Shown here: positions 47,242 to 57,760 of the stretch, one piece after another
Numbering within the stretch: position 1 is the stretch's first letter
How the letters are laid out: each line of letters begins with the position of its first letter
Assembly: GCA_965223845.1 (NCBI GenBank)
Contig: CBDCXR010000004.1
Span: forward strand, 3,936,001 to 4,000,000
From: Planctomycetota bacterium
GTDB taxonomy: Bacteria > Planctomycetota > UBA8108 > SXIK01
Reading direction: 5' to 3'
Length of the DNA stretch: 64,000 nt
Program-made: the position numbers and the translations under genes
The notes under the pieces: model-generated
Database searches by the model: none
What the model was told of the DNA's origin: nothing
The model's input: the letters and a program-made list of their open reading frames with translations, nothing else

Positions 47242-49146
47242 ATGAGCACCGAAGTGACCGAGGCCCCGGCCGAAGAAGAACTCAAAATCGACACCTCCAA
47301 AATGTCGGAGGGCAAGCGCCAGGCGCTCGAAGTCACGGAGGCGGCGCGCGAGTCGGAGTGGAAGCATCCGAGCTTCGCCCTCGAGCTGTTTCAGGGGCGA
47401 TTCCGTCACGATCTCGTCTTTCCGTACCCGCTCCAGGATGCGGACGATGCGGCGAAGGGTGACGAGTACATCGCAGAGCTCCGGCAGATCTGCGCGGACA
47501 AAGTCGACGCCGACGAAATCGACGCGACGGGCGAGATTCCGGACGAGGCGATCGAGGCGTTCGCGAAGGCCGGTGCGTTCGGCATCAAGATTCCGACCGA
47601 GTACGGCGGACTCGGGATGTCGCAGACGAACTACAGCCGCGCCGCGATGTACGTCGCGAGTCACTGCGGGAATACCGGCGCGCTTCTCTCGGCGCACCAG
47701 AGTATCGGAGTGCCCCAGCCGCTCAAGCTTTTCGGCACGGACGACCAGAAGAAACGATTCTTCCCCCGGCTCGCAGCCGGCGAGATCTCGGCCTTCGCGC
47801 TCACCGAAGATGACGTCGGATCCGATCCCGCGAAGATGTCGACTCACGCCGTGCTCAGCGAAGACGGCGAGCACTTCATTCTGAACGGCGAAAAGCTCTG
47901 GTGTACGAACGGCGTCAAGGCCGGTCTCTTCGTCGTGATGGCGCAGACCCCGCCGAAGATCGTCCGCGGGAAGGAGCGGCGCCAGATCACCGCCTTCATC
48001 GTCGAGCGCGACATGCCTGGCGTCGAGATCGTCACGCGTTGCCACTTCATGGGGCTCCGAGCGCTCTACAACGGCGTCATTCGGTTCACCGACGTGAAGG
48101 TCCCGAAGGAGAACATCATCCTCGCCGAGGGCAAGGGACTCCGCGTCGCCCTCACGACACTCAACACCGGCCGGCTCACGCTTCCGGCCGCGTGCACGGG
48201 TGCGAGCAAGGTTTGCCTTCGCATGGCGAAGGAATTCGCGCGCGACCGTTCGCAGTGGGGAGCCCGCATCGGAAAGCACGAAGCCGTCGCTCAAAAGGTC
48301 GCCTACATCGCGTCGCACACGTTCGCACAAGAGGCGATCGCACTCTACAGCTCGGCTCTCGTCGACCGCGGCGGCGCCGACATTCGGCTCGAAGCGGCGA
48401 TGTGCAAGATGTTCTGCTCCGAAGTGACGTGGAACATCATCAACGAGACGCTTCAGATCCGGAGCGGCCGCGGTTACGAGACGGCGCAATCCCTTCGCGC
48501 TCGCGGCGAGGTCGGAGTCCCGATCGAGCGATTCCTCCGCGATTGCCGGATCAATCTCATCTTCGAGGGGACGAGCGAGATCATGCGACTCTTCATCGCA
48601 CGGGAAGCGCTCGATCCTCACCTCCGGCGGGCCGGCGATCTGCTCAATCCGCGAGCTCCCCTCGGGAAGCGCGCGGCCAGCGGATTCAAGGCGGGTCTCC
48701 ACTACGCCGGCTGGTATCCGGGCCTGTGGAATCCGATCACTCGCGGCTATCAGATCGAGCGCCCGCTCGCGCGTCACGTCAAGTACGTCGAAAAAGCATC
48801 GCGCCGCTTGGCGCGCGCGCTCTTCCACGCGATGAACATCCACCAGGCGGCGCTCGAGCGGAAGCAGGCACTCCTCGGGCGCCTCGTCGAGATCGGCACC
48901 GAGCTCTTCGCGATGGCAGCGACCTGCGCGCGAGCCGATGCGCTCGCACAGAAGGATCGCGACGCCCACGCCGGTGTCGTCGAGCTCGCGTCGACGTTCT
49001 GCGACTACGCACGCGAACGCGTCGAGCGCAACTTCCGAAACGCCCGCCGCAATCGCGACGTCCCGGCGTACAAGCTCGCGCAGCAGGTGACCGGCGGCAC
49101 GTACGACTGGCTGGAGGTCGGTGGAGCGGACGTTCCGTTCGAATAA
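47242..49146 (+). CDS. Acyl-CoA dehydrogenase (VLCAD/ACAD9-like, long form)
   Basis: IPTEYGGLG, AHQSIG, AFALTE..VGSD, LNGEKLWCTNG, LNTGRL, RINLIFEGTSEI. Confidence 0.93.
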   Translation: MSTEVTEAPAEEELKIDTSKMSEGKRQALEVTEAARESEWKHPSFALELFQGRFRHDLVFPYPLQDADDAAKGDEYIAELRQICADKVDADEIDATGEIPDEAIEAFAKAGAFGIKIPTEYGGLGMSQTNYSRAAMYVASHCGNTGALLSAHQSIGVPQPLKLFGTDDQKKRFFPRLAAGEISAFALTEDDVGSDPAKMSTHAVLSEDGEHFILNGEKLWCTNGVKAGLFVVMAQTPPKIVRGKERRQITAFIVERDMPGVEIVTRCHFMGLRALYNGVIRFTDVKVPKENIILAEGKGLRVALTTLNTGRLTLPAACTGASKVCLRMAKEFARDRSQWGARIGKHEAVAQKVAYIASHTFAQEAIALYSSALVDRGGADIRLEAAMCKMFCSEVTWNIINETLQIRSGRGYETAQSLRARGEVGVPIERFLRDCRINLIFEGTSEIMRLFIAREALDPHLRRAGDLLNPRAPLGKRAASGFKAGLHYAGWYPGLWNPITRGYQIERPLARHVKYVEKASRRLARALFHAMNIHQAALERKQALLGRLVEIGTELFAMAATCARADALAQKDRDAHAGVVELASTFCDYARERVERNFRNARRNRDVPAYKLAQQVTGGTYDWLEVGGADVPFE

Positions 49147-49293
49147 CGGTCAGAGTCGATCCGAACCGGGAATCGCTCCGTCGCGGTGGAGTCGCGAGCC
49201 GGACCTTCGTCACCGGCCCGGGTGGAGTTGAACCACGCTCGCACTCGACTACAATGCCGGTATGCGCTCCCTCAACCCCAATGAGCCGACCGC

Positions 49294-50583
49294 GTGACGG
49301 ATCGAAGTCCGTCGGACGGCTGGAACGTGCGCCGGCCGATCGCCGTTCTCGTATGCCTGGCCGCGGCATCGCTCGCGAACGGAGCGCGCGGCGAGGAGGG
49401 TCCGGACTGGCCCGGCCACCTCGGACCGACTCGAAACGGAGTCTACGCGGGCGATGACGTCGCCTCCGCGTGGCCGGAGGCCGGCCCGGCGATCCTTTGG
49501 CGAAAAAAGGTCGGCGGCGGCTTCGCTGGTCCGGCGATCGCGAAGGGTCGACTGATCGTCTTTCATCGGATCGGTGCGGCGGAGCGCGTCGAGTGCTTCG
49601 ACGCAGTGACGGGAGCGCCGCGCTGGGAGCACGAGTCCCCCACCGCGTACCGCGACCAGTTCGGTCACGACGACGGTCCGCGCGCCGTGCCGGCGATCGC
49701 CGGAGACACCGTGTACACGTTCGGGGCAGAGGGAGTCCTTCACGCGCTCGCCCTCGACGACGGATCTCCGCGCTGGGTCGTGAAAACGCAGGAGCGATTC
49801 GAGGTTCCGAGGAGCTTCTTCGGCGCGGCGTGCTCACCGCTCGTCGAAGGAGACGTCGTCGTCCTCGAGATCGGCGGCAAGGAGGGCGCGGGGCTCGTTG
49901 CATTCGATCGCCGGACCGGCGCGACGCGCTGGCAGGCAACCGATCACGGGGCGAGTTACTCCTCGCCCGTCGCCGCGACGATCGCGGAGCGGCGCTGCGT
50001 CGTCGCCTTTACCCGCTCCGGACTCGCGATCGTCGACGCAAAGAGCGGAGCGCTGCTCGCCGAGCGCCCGTGGCGGGCGCGCATCCGCGCGTCGGTCAAT
50101 GCCGCGACCCCGCTCGTCCTCGGTGATCGCATCTTTATCTCGGAGTGCTACGGACCTGGCGCCGGCCTCTTTCGGTTCGACGGAAAGAGACTGCACGAAA
50201 TCTGGACCCGCGATCGCCTTCTTTCGAACCACTTCGCGTCGAGCGTTCACGTCGACGGGTACCTCTACGGCATCGACGGCCGGCAGGAGTACGGACCCAG
50301 CCTTCGCTGCATCAGAGTCGACGATGCGAGCGAGGCGTGGACGGAGCGCGCGTTCGGCACAGGCGCGCTCATCGCGGTCGCGAAGCATGTGCTCTTCGTG
50401 TCCGAATCCGGTGAATTGAGCCGCTTCGAGGCGACGGCGAAGGCGTTTCGAAGGAATCAGTCCGCGCGCATTCTCACGACCACCGTGCGCGCTCTCCCGG
50501 CGCTTGCGCGCGGGCGTCTCTACGCGCGGGACGAACGCGAGCTCGTCTGCGTCGATCTCCGCCCACCGGACGCGCGGCGGTGA
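49294..50583 (+). CDS. PQQ-like (BamB-type) beta-propeller protein
   Basis: DWPGHLGP.RNG, LWRKKVGGGF, GPRAVP, CSPLVEG, YSSPV, PALARGRLYARD. Confidence 0.85.
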   Translation: MTDRSPSDGWNVRRPIAVLVCLAAASLANGARGEEGPDWPGHLGPTRNGVYAGDDVASAWPEAGPAILWRKKVGGGFAGPAIAKGRLIVFHRIGAAERVECFDAVTGAPRWEHESPTAYRDQFGHDDGPRAVPAIAGDTVYTFGAEGVLHALALDDGSPRWVVKTQERFEVPRSFFGAACSPLVEGDVVVLEIGGKEGAGLVAFDRRTGATRWQATDHGASYSSPVAATIAERRCVVAFTRSGLAIVDAKSGALLAERPWRARIRASVNAATPLVLGDRIFISECYGPGAGLFRFDGKRLHEIWTRDRLLSNHFASSVHVDGYLYGIDGRQEYGPSLRCIRVDDASEAWTERAFGTGALIAVAKHVLFVSESGELSRFEATAKAFRRNQSARILTTTVRALPALARGRLYARDERELVCVDLRPPDARR

Positions 50584-50719
50584 GTGACGCGATTTCGGCG
50601 CCGACCGGGCGAGACGGCGACGCCCACGAACGACCGCTTCCCGCCGAGGGGCGGCGCGGCGAGGCGAAGGGCGTGTCCGACGCGCACGGCCGACCTCGCT
50701 CGGGAGGTCACCGCGCCGG

Positions 50720-52309
50720 ATGAACAGCAATCACCTGCTCATTTGGATGGTCGGCATCGCGAGCTGCGCGACGTTCATCGCGAGCTACGTGACGCGGCAA
50801 CGCACCTGGCTCCTGGCGTCCCTCATCATCATCGTCGCGATGACGGGAGCCGTGCTCCTTCTCCCGGACTACGCCGGCTTCGTCGGCACGGGTCTCTGGC
50901 TTCTTCTCATCGCGTTTCCGCAGTGGACGCTGAGACGCCTGTCCGTCCAGATGCTCCGGCAAGAGTACTCCCGCGCGCGGCGCACGTCGAAGCGGCTCGA
51001 GTACCTTCTTCCGCTCCATCGCTGGGGTGATCAGACCCGGTTCATCGAAGGTCTCGAGCGCGCCCAAGCGGGTGAGCTGGAGAAGGCCGAGTCGATCTTC
51101 GAGGATCTCTGCTCCGAGAAGAGCGCACTCAGCGAAACGGCGCGCCTCCAGAGGCTGCGGCTCGCGCACGAATGGTCCGTGATCGCCGAGGAGCTGGAGC
51201 GTGGCGATGCGTCGCGCATCGATCTCAACAGCGCCGCTCTCTACCTACGCGCGCTCGGCGAGACGCGGCGCGTCGAGAGTCTCGTCGACGCTTACTCCGT
51301 GCTTTGGAGTCGCATCGAGGACGCGTACGTACCGGAAATCCTCCGGCACACCTGCCGGATGATTCTCTTCGCGTTCACGGGGGACACTGCGAGTGTCCGC
51401 GCGATCCTCGGCGAATCTCTGCGGCACTATCCACGTGAGATCACGGAGTTTTGGACGGCGACGGCGGAGCACGCCGCGGGTCGCGTCGATTCCGCACGGA
51501 GGACGTTCGAGCGACTGGCGACGTCTTCCGATGCGCTCGCCCGATCGGCGGCGCAGTACCGGCTGGAATCGCCGCCGACGAGTCACGTCGACTCGATCCT
51601 CGGGGCCGACCAAGTCGGCGTTCTCGAGCGCGTCCGCGCGCGGTTCTCCGAAGAGCAGCGCTACGGCCTTCCTTCGACGCGGGCCAGGCAGCGTGCACGG
51701 GGAACGAAGACACTTCTGGTCGCGAACGTCGTCCTCTATGCCCTCGAGATCGCACTCGGCGGCAGCACGGACAACGAGGTGCTCTTTCGACTTGGAGCGC
51801 TCCACCCCGAAGCGGTTTTCGACGGCGAATACTGGCGACTCATCAGCGCCGCGTTTCTTCACGCCGGACCTCTCCACATCGTTGGGAACATGCTGGCGCT
51901 CTACCTCCTCGGGCCGTTCGTCGAGCTCTCTCTCGGCCGAACGCGCTTCTTCGTCTTTTACTTTGCGACCATTCTCGCCTCGATGGGATTCTGCCTCTGG
52001 TACATGCATACCGTGGCCGATTCGCCGAGCTTGCTCGTGGGCGCTTCGGGCGCGATCATGGGCCTCGTCGGTGCGTCGGCCGTTCTGCTTCGCCGCGGGT
52101 GGAAGGAAGAGCGCTCGCGCATCGCGCGGCGACGGCTCGTGCTCTTCGCGATCGTCATCGTTCTCCAGCTCACGTTCGACTACGTGACGCCGCAGGTGAG
52201 CATCCAGGCCCACGCGAGCGGACTCGTCTTCGGGGTGCTCGCCGCCCTCTTTTTCGTTCGGTTCAGTAGGCGCACGTCCACACCTGACTCTCGCGACTCC
52301 GCTCGGTGA
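50720..52309 (+). CDS. Rhomboid intramembrane serine protease with N-terminal TM and TPR-like region
   Basis: EYWRLISAAFLH...HI.GNM, VGASGAIMG (Ser), AHASG (His). Confidence 0.9.
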   Translation: MNSNHLLIWMVGIASCATFIASYVTRQRTWLLASLIIIVAMTGAVLLLPDYAGFVGTGLWLLLIAFPQWTLRRLSVQMLRQEYSRARRTSKRLEYLLPLHRWGDQTRFIEGLERAQAGELEKAESIFEDLCSEKSALSETARLQRLRLAHEWSVIAEELERGDASRIDLNSAALYLRALGETRRVESLVDAYSVLWSRIEDAYVPEILRHTCRMILFAFTGDTASVRAILGESLRHYPREITEFWTATAEHAAGRVDSARRTFERLATSSDALARSAAQYRLESPPTSHVDSILGADQVGVLERVRARFSEEQRYGLPSTRARQRARGTKTLLVANVVLYALEIALGGSTDNEVLFRLGALHPEAVFDGEYWRLISAAFLHAGPLHIVGNMLALYLLGPFVELSLGRTRFFVFYFATILASMGFCLWYMHTVADSPSLLVGASGAIMGLVGASAVLLRRGWKEERSRIARRRLVLFAIVIVLQLTFDYVTPQVSIQAHASGLVFGVLAALFFVRFSRRTSTPDSRDSAR

Positions 52310-52346
52310 CATGCGCGGATCGATTCGACTCTGCCGGAGGTCGTCC

Positions 52347-54863
52347 ATGTCCTTGTCCTCTCCGATCTCAAACGCACGTGCGGAACGCGGACTCGCAATC
52401 GGTGTCGTTCTTCTGCTCGCGCTCGGCTGCCGCGGCCCGCTCGATCCGGACGGAGCTCCGACCGAGGAGTTTCCGCTCAGCCCCGAGATGCGACAGCTCG
52501 CCGCCGATACGGCCGATCCGGACTACCTCGCGGTTCTTCGCGGGATGCATCGAAACGATCTTCGCGAGGAGATCTACCGCGTCGAGATACCGGACAATCC
52601 GGTGGAGTTCGCGGCCCGCTACGCGGAGTCGAACCCCCTCGACTCCGATCCGGCCCTCCGCGATGCGTACGAGAGGCGCCGGCGCATCTGCGACGCGTTC
52701 GTCGCCCTCGTTCGCGCGGAGGCAGCGCGGCGCGAGCTCGGCGATCTTCTCCCCGAAGACCTCACAATCGCAGCGCCGGGCGCCGTCGACCTGAAGAACG
52801 GCACCGAAACTCCCGAACTCGTCGTCGAGACCACTTATCCCGCGGACGGTTACGCGTCGGAGTGGCCGCGGTGGCGCGGTCCGAGCGGACAAGGAAACTT
52901 CTCCGACGACGACGTCCCGACCGAGTGGGACGTTCCGTCGGGACGGGGTCTTCTCTGGAAGACTCCGATCCCCGGTGCGGGCAATTCGTCGCCGGTCGTT
53001 TGGGGAGATCATGTGTTTCTCACGACGGCATTCGATCGCGGAAACCGGCGGAGCCTCGTCGGAATCGATCGCGCGAGCGGATCGATCCGATTCGTCCGCG
53101 ACGCGCCGGCGGTTCCTCCGGAGGGACGCGTGATCGCGAAGAGCGGCTACGCCTCTGCGACGCCAGCCGTCGATGGCGAGCGGGTGTACGCGTTTTTCGG
53201 GAACACGGGGATCGTGGCGTTCAACTTTGCGGGCGACGTCTTGTGGCGCGCACCGCTCGCTCCGTTCGACGCGATGCACGGAACCGGTGCGTCGCCGGTG
53301 CTCTGGCGTGATCTCGTCGTCCTTCTTCAGGAGCAGAGCGGGAAGCCGTCCGTAGCGATCGCCGTCGATCGCGCGACGGGGGAAGAGCGCTGGAGCGTCG
53401 AGCGCGGACGCGCGCTCGGCTGGTGCACGCCGCTCGCCGTTCGCGTCGGTGGAGTCGATCAGCTCATCTACGGCACGAAGCGCGCGCTCGTCGGCATCGA
53501 TCCGTCGAGTGGTGAAGAGCTTTGGCGCTGCGACGGTGCGACCCCCGAAGTGATCCCCACTCCCGTCGCCGGACACGGACTCGTTTTTTCCGCATCGGGA
53601 AGGAGTGGGCCGACCCTCGCGGTCCGGCCGACGGGACGCGGCAACGTCACCGCGTCCCACCTCGCGTGGAGCACGCGCCGGGGGAGCCCACACGTCCCCT
53701 CGCCGATCCTCGTCGGTGAGCTGCTCTACATGGCGAACGACACGGGAATCCTAACGTGCCTCGAGGCGCGGAGCGGCCGCACGGTGTACCAGCAGCGTCT
53801 TCGGGGGCGATTCTCCGCGTCACCGATCGCCAACGGCACTCAGATCTACTTCACAAACGAAGACGGACGAACGTTCGTCGTTCGCGCGGGGCGCGACTTT
53901 GAAATCCTCGCCGAGAACGACGCGGGTGAACGTGTGCTCGCGTCGATGGCGGTCCACCGCGGGGAGTTCCTGCAGCGCGGAGCCGAGCACCTGTTTGCGT
54001 ACGGTCGCGCCGTCGCGGCAGCGCGCTCGAGTGACGGCGGAGACGGGCGCAGTCCAGGTTCGCGAGCCGACGATAGCCCGTTCGGCCTCGCGGCTCTCGA
54101 GGCGGGGCCGGAGGGCGCCGATTTCGAGGCGTTCCTCGACTTGGCCTCGCGCGAGAGCGAACGTTTTCGCCGGCGCTTTCTCGCCGACTCGGGAACTCGG
54201 GTGCTCGAAACGACCGTCAAGTTCAAGGAATCAGCCGCTCTATGGCTCGCCGATCGACGCGGAGTGGATCGGTTCCTCCTCGACGCCCCCGAGCTCGAGC
54301 GCGCCGTTCGCGGCGCCTCCCGCCTCGACGGCGGTGCGGCCTTCGGCGGTTTCGAGGGTCGCTGGTACGGGCGATGGGATCGCTCGAGGGTCGATCACCA
54401 CTGGGGCCCCGCGATCGATCTCGAGCCGCCGCGGCGCGTCGAGATCGAAGCGGGACCGCCGGTGTGGATCCGCAGCTATCAATACGCGTGGATCGGCGAC
54501 GGCTACGGGATCAACCTCATCGCCACCTCCGATCTCGAGCGCGCGGACGCGGACTACATCCTCGGCTACGTCGTTCACGTCGCGGACCAAAACCTCGACG
54601 AGGTGCGGGCGCGCCGGCCGCACGTCGGGATTGCGACGGGCGCGGGACAGCTCGTCTGGATCACAGCGGGCGAGGTGTTTCTCGAGGAGGCGTTCCGCCG
54701 GGAGAGCGGCGCGGATGCCTACGCGATCACCGGCTTCTTCTATCGCGACGACGGTTTGGCGACGAAGATCAAGTCGTGCTTCCAAGCGATCTACACCCGG
54801 CAGCCGGACGATCGTCCGGAGTTTTACCACTTCGACGCGGAACCCGAGCTCGCGGTCGAGTGA
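52347..54863 (+). CDS. Lipoprotein with central PQQ-like propeller and unknown N- and C-terminal domains
   Basis: LLLALGC lipobox; EWPRWRGPSGQG, GNSSPVVWGD.VFLT, HVPSP, FSASP. Start uncertain (52311 or 52347). Confidence 0.8.
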   Translation: MSLSSPISNARAERGLAIGVVLLLALGCRGPLDPDGAPTEEFPLSPEMRQLAADTADPDYLAVLRGMHRNDLREEIYRVEIPDNPVEFAARYAESNPLDSDPALRDAYERRRRICDAFVALVRAEAARRELGDLLPEDLTIAAPGAVDLKNGTETPELVVETTYPADGYASEWPRWRGPSGQGNFSDDDVPTEWDVPSGRGLLWKTPIPGAGNSSPVVWGDHVFLTTAFDRGNRRSLVGIDRASGSIRFVRDAPAVPPEGRVIAKSGYASATPAVDGERVYAFFGNTGIVAFNFAGDVLWRAPLAPFDAMHGTGASPVLWRDLVVLLQEQSGKPSVAIAVDRATGEERWSVERGRALGWCTPLAVRVGGVDQLIYGTKRALVGIDPSSGEELWRCDGATPEVIPTPVAGHGLVFSASGRSGPTLAVRPTGRGNVTASHLAWSTRRGSPHVPSPILVGELLYMANDTGILTCLEARSGRTVYQQRLRGRFSASPIANGTQIYFTNEDGRTFVVRAGRDFEILAENDAGERVLASMAVHRGEFLQRGAEHLFAYGRAVAAARSSDGGDGRSPGSRADDSPFGLAALEAGPEGADFEAFLDLASRESERFRRRFLADSGTRVLETTVKFKESAALWLADRRGVDRFLLDAPELERAVRGASRLDGGAAFGGFEGRWYGRWDRSRVDHHWGPAIDLEPPRRVEIEAGPPVWIRSYQYAWIGDGYGINLIATSDLERADADYILGYVVHVADQNLDEVRARRPHVGIATGAGQLVWITAGEVFLEEAFRRESGADAYAITGFFYRDDGLATKIKSCFQAIYTRQPDDRPEFYHFDAEPELAVE

Positions 54864-54915
54864 GGGCGCCGAAGTCTGCGGCGTCGACCCCGCGTCGCGC
54901 GAGTCAGATCTCCCG

Positions 54916-56433
54916 CTACGATGAGGTCGTTTCCGCCTCGACCGGCTCGGCCGGGAGAATCGCAACCGAGCGTTTGCAGCGCACGCAGCGGACCGACGGT
55001 AAGTGAAACGTCGGACTCAACTGGAGAGTGCGACCACAGCGGCAACGAAACGACTCCCACGACTCGCCCCGACGCTGATACTGCTGCGGTGATTCGGCCG
55101 CCTCCTTCGCGTGCTCGTTCACAGGCGATTCGGTCGACTTCGACTCGTCGGATGGTTCCGCTGCTTCGACCGGAACGGACGACGCGCTCGCGGCGCTCTC
55201 GTCGTCCTCCGGGACGTCTTCGCTCGCCGGAACCGAGTTCTCGACGCCGCAGCGAGGACAGGAAATCGTCGGACGGTTCCACTCGGGCGGAAGCTTGATC
55301 CGGATGCCGCAAGCGCACGAGAGAATCACGTACTCGGCGATCCGGTCGATGAGGTCCGCCACTTCGCGCGCGCGCTCGATCACCTGCTCCCGCGGCTCCG
55401 GGTCCGGACGCGGCAGTCGCGTGGGGAGCGCCGGACACTCGGCTAGACTCTTCGTATCGATCAGATCGCCGGAGCTTTTGCCGCGCACGCTTTGGTACGC
55501 GGCCTCGTACTCCCCGTACCCCGCGCCCGTCCCCATCGCGCGCAGAATTCGGATGCGCTCCGACGTCGGAGGATGGGTCGAGAGGAGAGGCGATCCCGGG
55601 CGCGTTCCGCGATCGAGCGGATTCACGATGAACAGCGGCGCGACGACCGCACCGACGTCCTTCGCCGCCGACGCCCGGCGCGAAATCTTCTCGAGCGCCC
55701 CGGCGAGGCCGGGCGGATAGCGAGTGAAGCGAGCGGCGCACGCGTCGGCGAGATACTCTCGCTCGCGCGAGCAGGCGAAGTAGAAGAGCCGCGCGCAGAT
55801 GGGCGCGAGTACGGCGGCGACGATCGCCGCAATCATCAACGCGGCCTGCGCCTTGAAGCCGGAGCGAGCGGCCAAGCGGCGCCGTCCTCCGCCGAGGATC
55901 GTCGCGCGGAGCAGTACGTCCGATAGCAGCACGATCGCACCGAGCAGCACCGACGCGCGCGTGAGGAAGCGGACGTCCTCGTTCTTGATGTGCGCCATCT
56001 CGTGCGCGACGACGCCCTGGAGCTCGTCGCGACTGAGAGTCCGAAGGATTCCCGTCGTGACGGCGATCGACGCGCGGCCAGCGGCACCACCGGCTGCGAA
56101 CGCGTTCGGGATGTCACTGTCGATCACGAAGATTCGCGGTTGGCTTCCCGCGAGCCCGGCCGCGATCGTCATCTCCTCGACGACGTTCCACAGTCGAGGA
56201 CTGTCGTCCCGCGAGATCTCGTGCGCGCCCGCAGCGAGAAGAAGCAGTTGATCGCCTTGATACGCGGCGACGCCCTGAAGCACTCCCCAGAGAACGAGCG
56301 CGCCGAACGCTCCCCACCAGGCGCCCACTCCGAACACGAGTCCAGCGAGCATCCCGAGGCCGATGAGGATGAACCCCATCGCGCCGACGAGTAGAACCGA
56401 GCGCCGCCGGTTTCGGGCGATTGCTTCCCACAT
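54916..56433 (-). CDS. htpX: HtpX-like M48 membrane zinc protease with two C-terminal zinc ribbons
   Basis: PNAFAAG, ELQGVVAHEMAHI, SREREYLAD, ALEKI, STHPP..ERI; CAC...CPRC and CRC...CVRC. Confidence 0.88.
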   Translation of the reverse strand: MWEAIARNRRRSVLLVGAMGFILIGLGMLAGLVFGVGAWWGAFGALVLWGVLQGVAAYQGDQLLLLAAGAHEISRDDSPRLWNVVEEMTIAAGLAGSQPRIFVIDSDIPNAFAAGGAAGRASIAVTTGILRTLSRDELQGVVAHEMAHIKNEDVRFLTRASVLLGAIVLLSDVLLRATILGGGRRRLAARSGFKAQAALMIAAIVAAVLAPICARLFYFACSREREYLADACAARFTRYPPGLAGALEKISRRASAAKDVGAVVAPLFIVNPLDRGTRPGSPLLSTHPPTSERIRILRAMGTGAGYGEYEAAYQSVRGKSSGDLIDTKSLAECPALPTRLPRPDPEPREQVIERAREVADLIDRIAEYVILSCACGIRIKLPPEWNRPTISCPRCGVENSVPASEDVPEDDESAASASSVPVEAAEPSDESKSTESPVNEHAKEAAESPQQYQRRGESWESFRCRCGRTLQLSPTFHLPSVRCVRCKRSVAILPAEPVEAETTSS

Positions 56434-56545
56434 GCGAGCGAGTCTCCGATCGCGGCGGCGGAGCGGTGAATCGCGGGTCGGTGCGCGGACGAATCCGCGG
56501 ACCGCGACCGTGAATCGGTGCGCGCCGCCGCAGCGAGTCCGCGAA

Positions 56546-57112
56546 TCAGAACGCCACTTGCGGCGTCGCGCGTTCCTTCTTGTCTTCGATCTCGAAGAAC
56601 GATTCGTTCTTGAAGCCGAACATGCCAGCGATGATGTTCGCGGGGATGCTCTCGATCTTCGTGTTGAACGTCATCACGGAGTCGTTGAAGTGCTGGCGCG
56701 AGAACGCGAGCTTGTTCTCGGTCGAAGTCAACTCTTCCTGGAGCGAGAGAAAGTTCTGGTTCGCCTGGAGATCCGGGTACTGCTCGACGACCATCATCAG
56801 CCGCCCGAGCGCCGAGCTGAGCGCGTTTTCAGCCGCAGCCTGCTGCTCGACTCCCTGCGCCGAGGTCGCTTTCGCCCGCGCTTCGATGACTCCCTCGAGC
56901 GTTTCCTTCTCGTGGGCGGCGTACCCCTTCACGGTCTCGACCAGATTCGGGATCAGGTCGTGCCGCCGCTTGAGCTGAACGTCGATCTGCGACCACGCGT
57001 TCTTCAATTGGTTGCGGAGGCGAATGATCCCGTTGTAGCTGCCGACGAACCAGAGGCAGATGACTCCGAACAAGCCGGCGAACACGAGAAACGCCAAAAA
57101 GAATCCATCCAT
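56546..57112 (-). CDS. lemA: LemA family protein
   Basis: AWSQIDVQLKRRHDLIPNLVETVKGYA.HE, EQYPDLQANQNF..LQEEL..TENK. Confidence 0.96.
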   Translation of the reverse strand: MDGFFLAFLVFAGLFGVICLWFVGSYNGIIRLRNQLKNAWSQIDVQLKRRHDLIPNLVETVKGYAAHEKETLEGVIEARAKATSAQGVEQQAAAENALSSALGRLMMVVEQYPDLQANQNFLSLQEELTSTENKLAFSRQHFNDSVMTFNTKIESIPANIIAGMFGFKNESFFEIEDKKERATPQVAF

Positions 57113-57166
57113 CGTTCTCTCCTCTTTTCGATTGTTGATTCTCTGAATCTACCGGGGAGGGAGGGC

Positions 57167-57568
57167 TCACTCAGCGTGTGTGAGCTCGGAGCGGTAGAGG
57201 TCGCGAAAGAATTCGCCTACCGCTCGCTCCTCGTCGTCTTCCGCGTTGCGCATGACGGCGAACAGCTCGCCCTGATCGAACCACAGCCCGTCGCCCCGGG
57301 GGCAGCGGTCGAGCTCGATCGGGGCGTCGCAGCCGACTTCGATCGGCTCCATGCGCGCCGTGCAGCGCGGGCAGCGACGCCGCCCTCCGCGACGGTGCTT
57401 CGCTTCGGCGAGTGCGGAGCGTAAAGCGCCGGGCGCGGCTCCGCTCAACTCACCGATGAGCTCGAGCTCGCCCGAGTCGAGCCACGTACCGCGACAAGAC
57501 ATGCAGTGGTCGATCTCAACCCCGCTCAGCTCAAACGCGACCAGAGGTTCCCCACAGTGCGGACACAT
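57167..57568 (-). CDS. Tandem zf-TFIIB-like zinc-ribbon protein
   Basis: Two copies of CPxC...E(I/L)D.C..(C/G).G.W(L/F)D.GEL. Confidence 0.8.
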   Translation of the reverse strand: MCPHCGEPLVAFELSGVEIDHCMSCRGTWLDSGELELIGELSGAAPGALRSALAEAKHRRGGRRRCPRCTARMEPIEVGCDAPIELDRCPRGDGLWFDQGELFAVMRNAEDDEERAVGEFFRDLYRSELTHAE

Positions 57569-57760
57569 AGGCTAGCTCAGCGACTCGGAAGCTCGGCGCG
57601 GTGCTCCCGCCCCGGCGAAAGAACGGCGCGCTCGCGAAAGAGCGCGCACATTGTTTTCGTCGGCAGAAGCGAAGCCGATTCCGCAAGCAGCATCCGAGAA
57701 CCGCGGCTCGCCGACCCTCCAACCCGATAATCCGGCCTGATCGCAGTGACCGCGGGGAGA

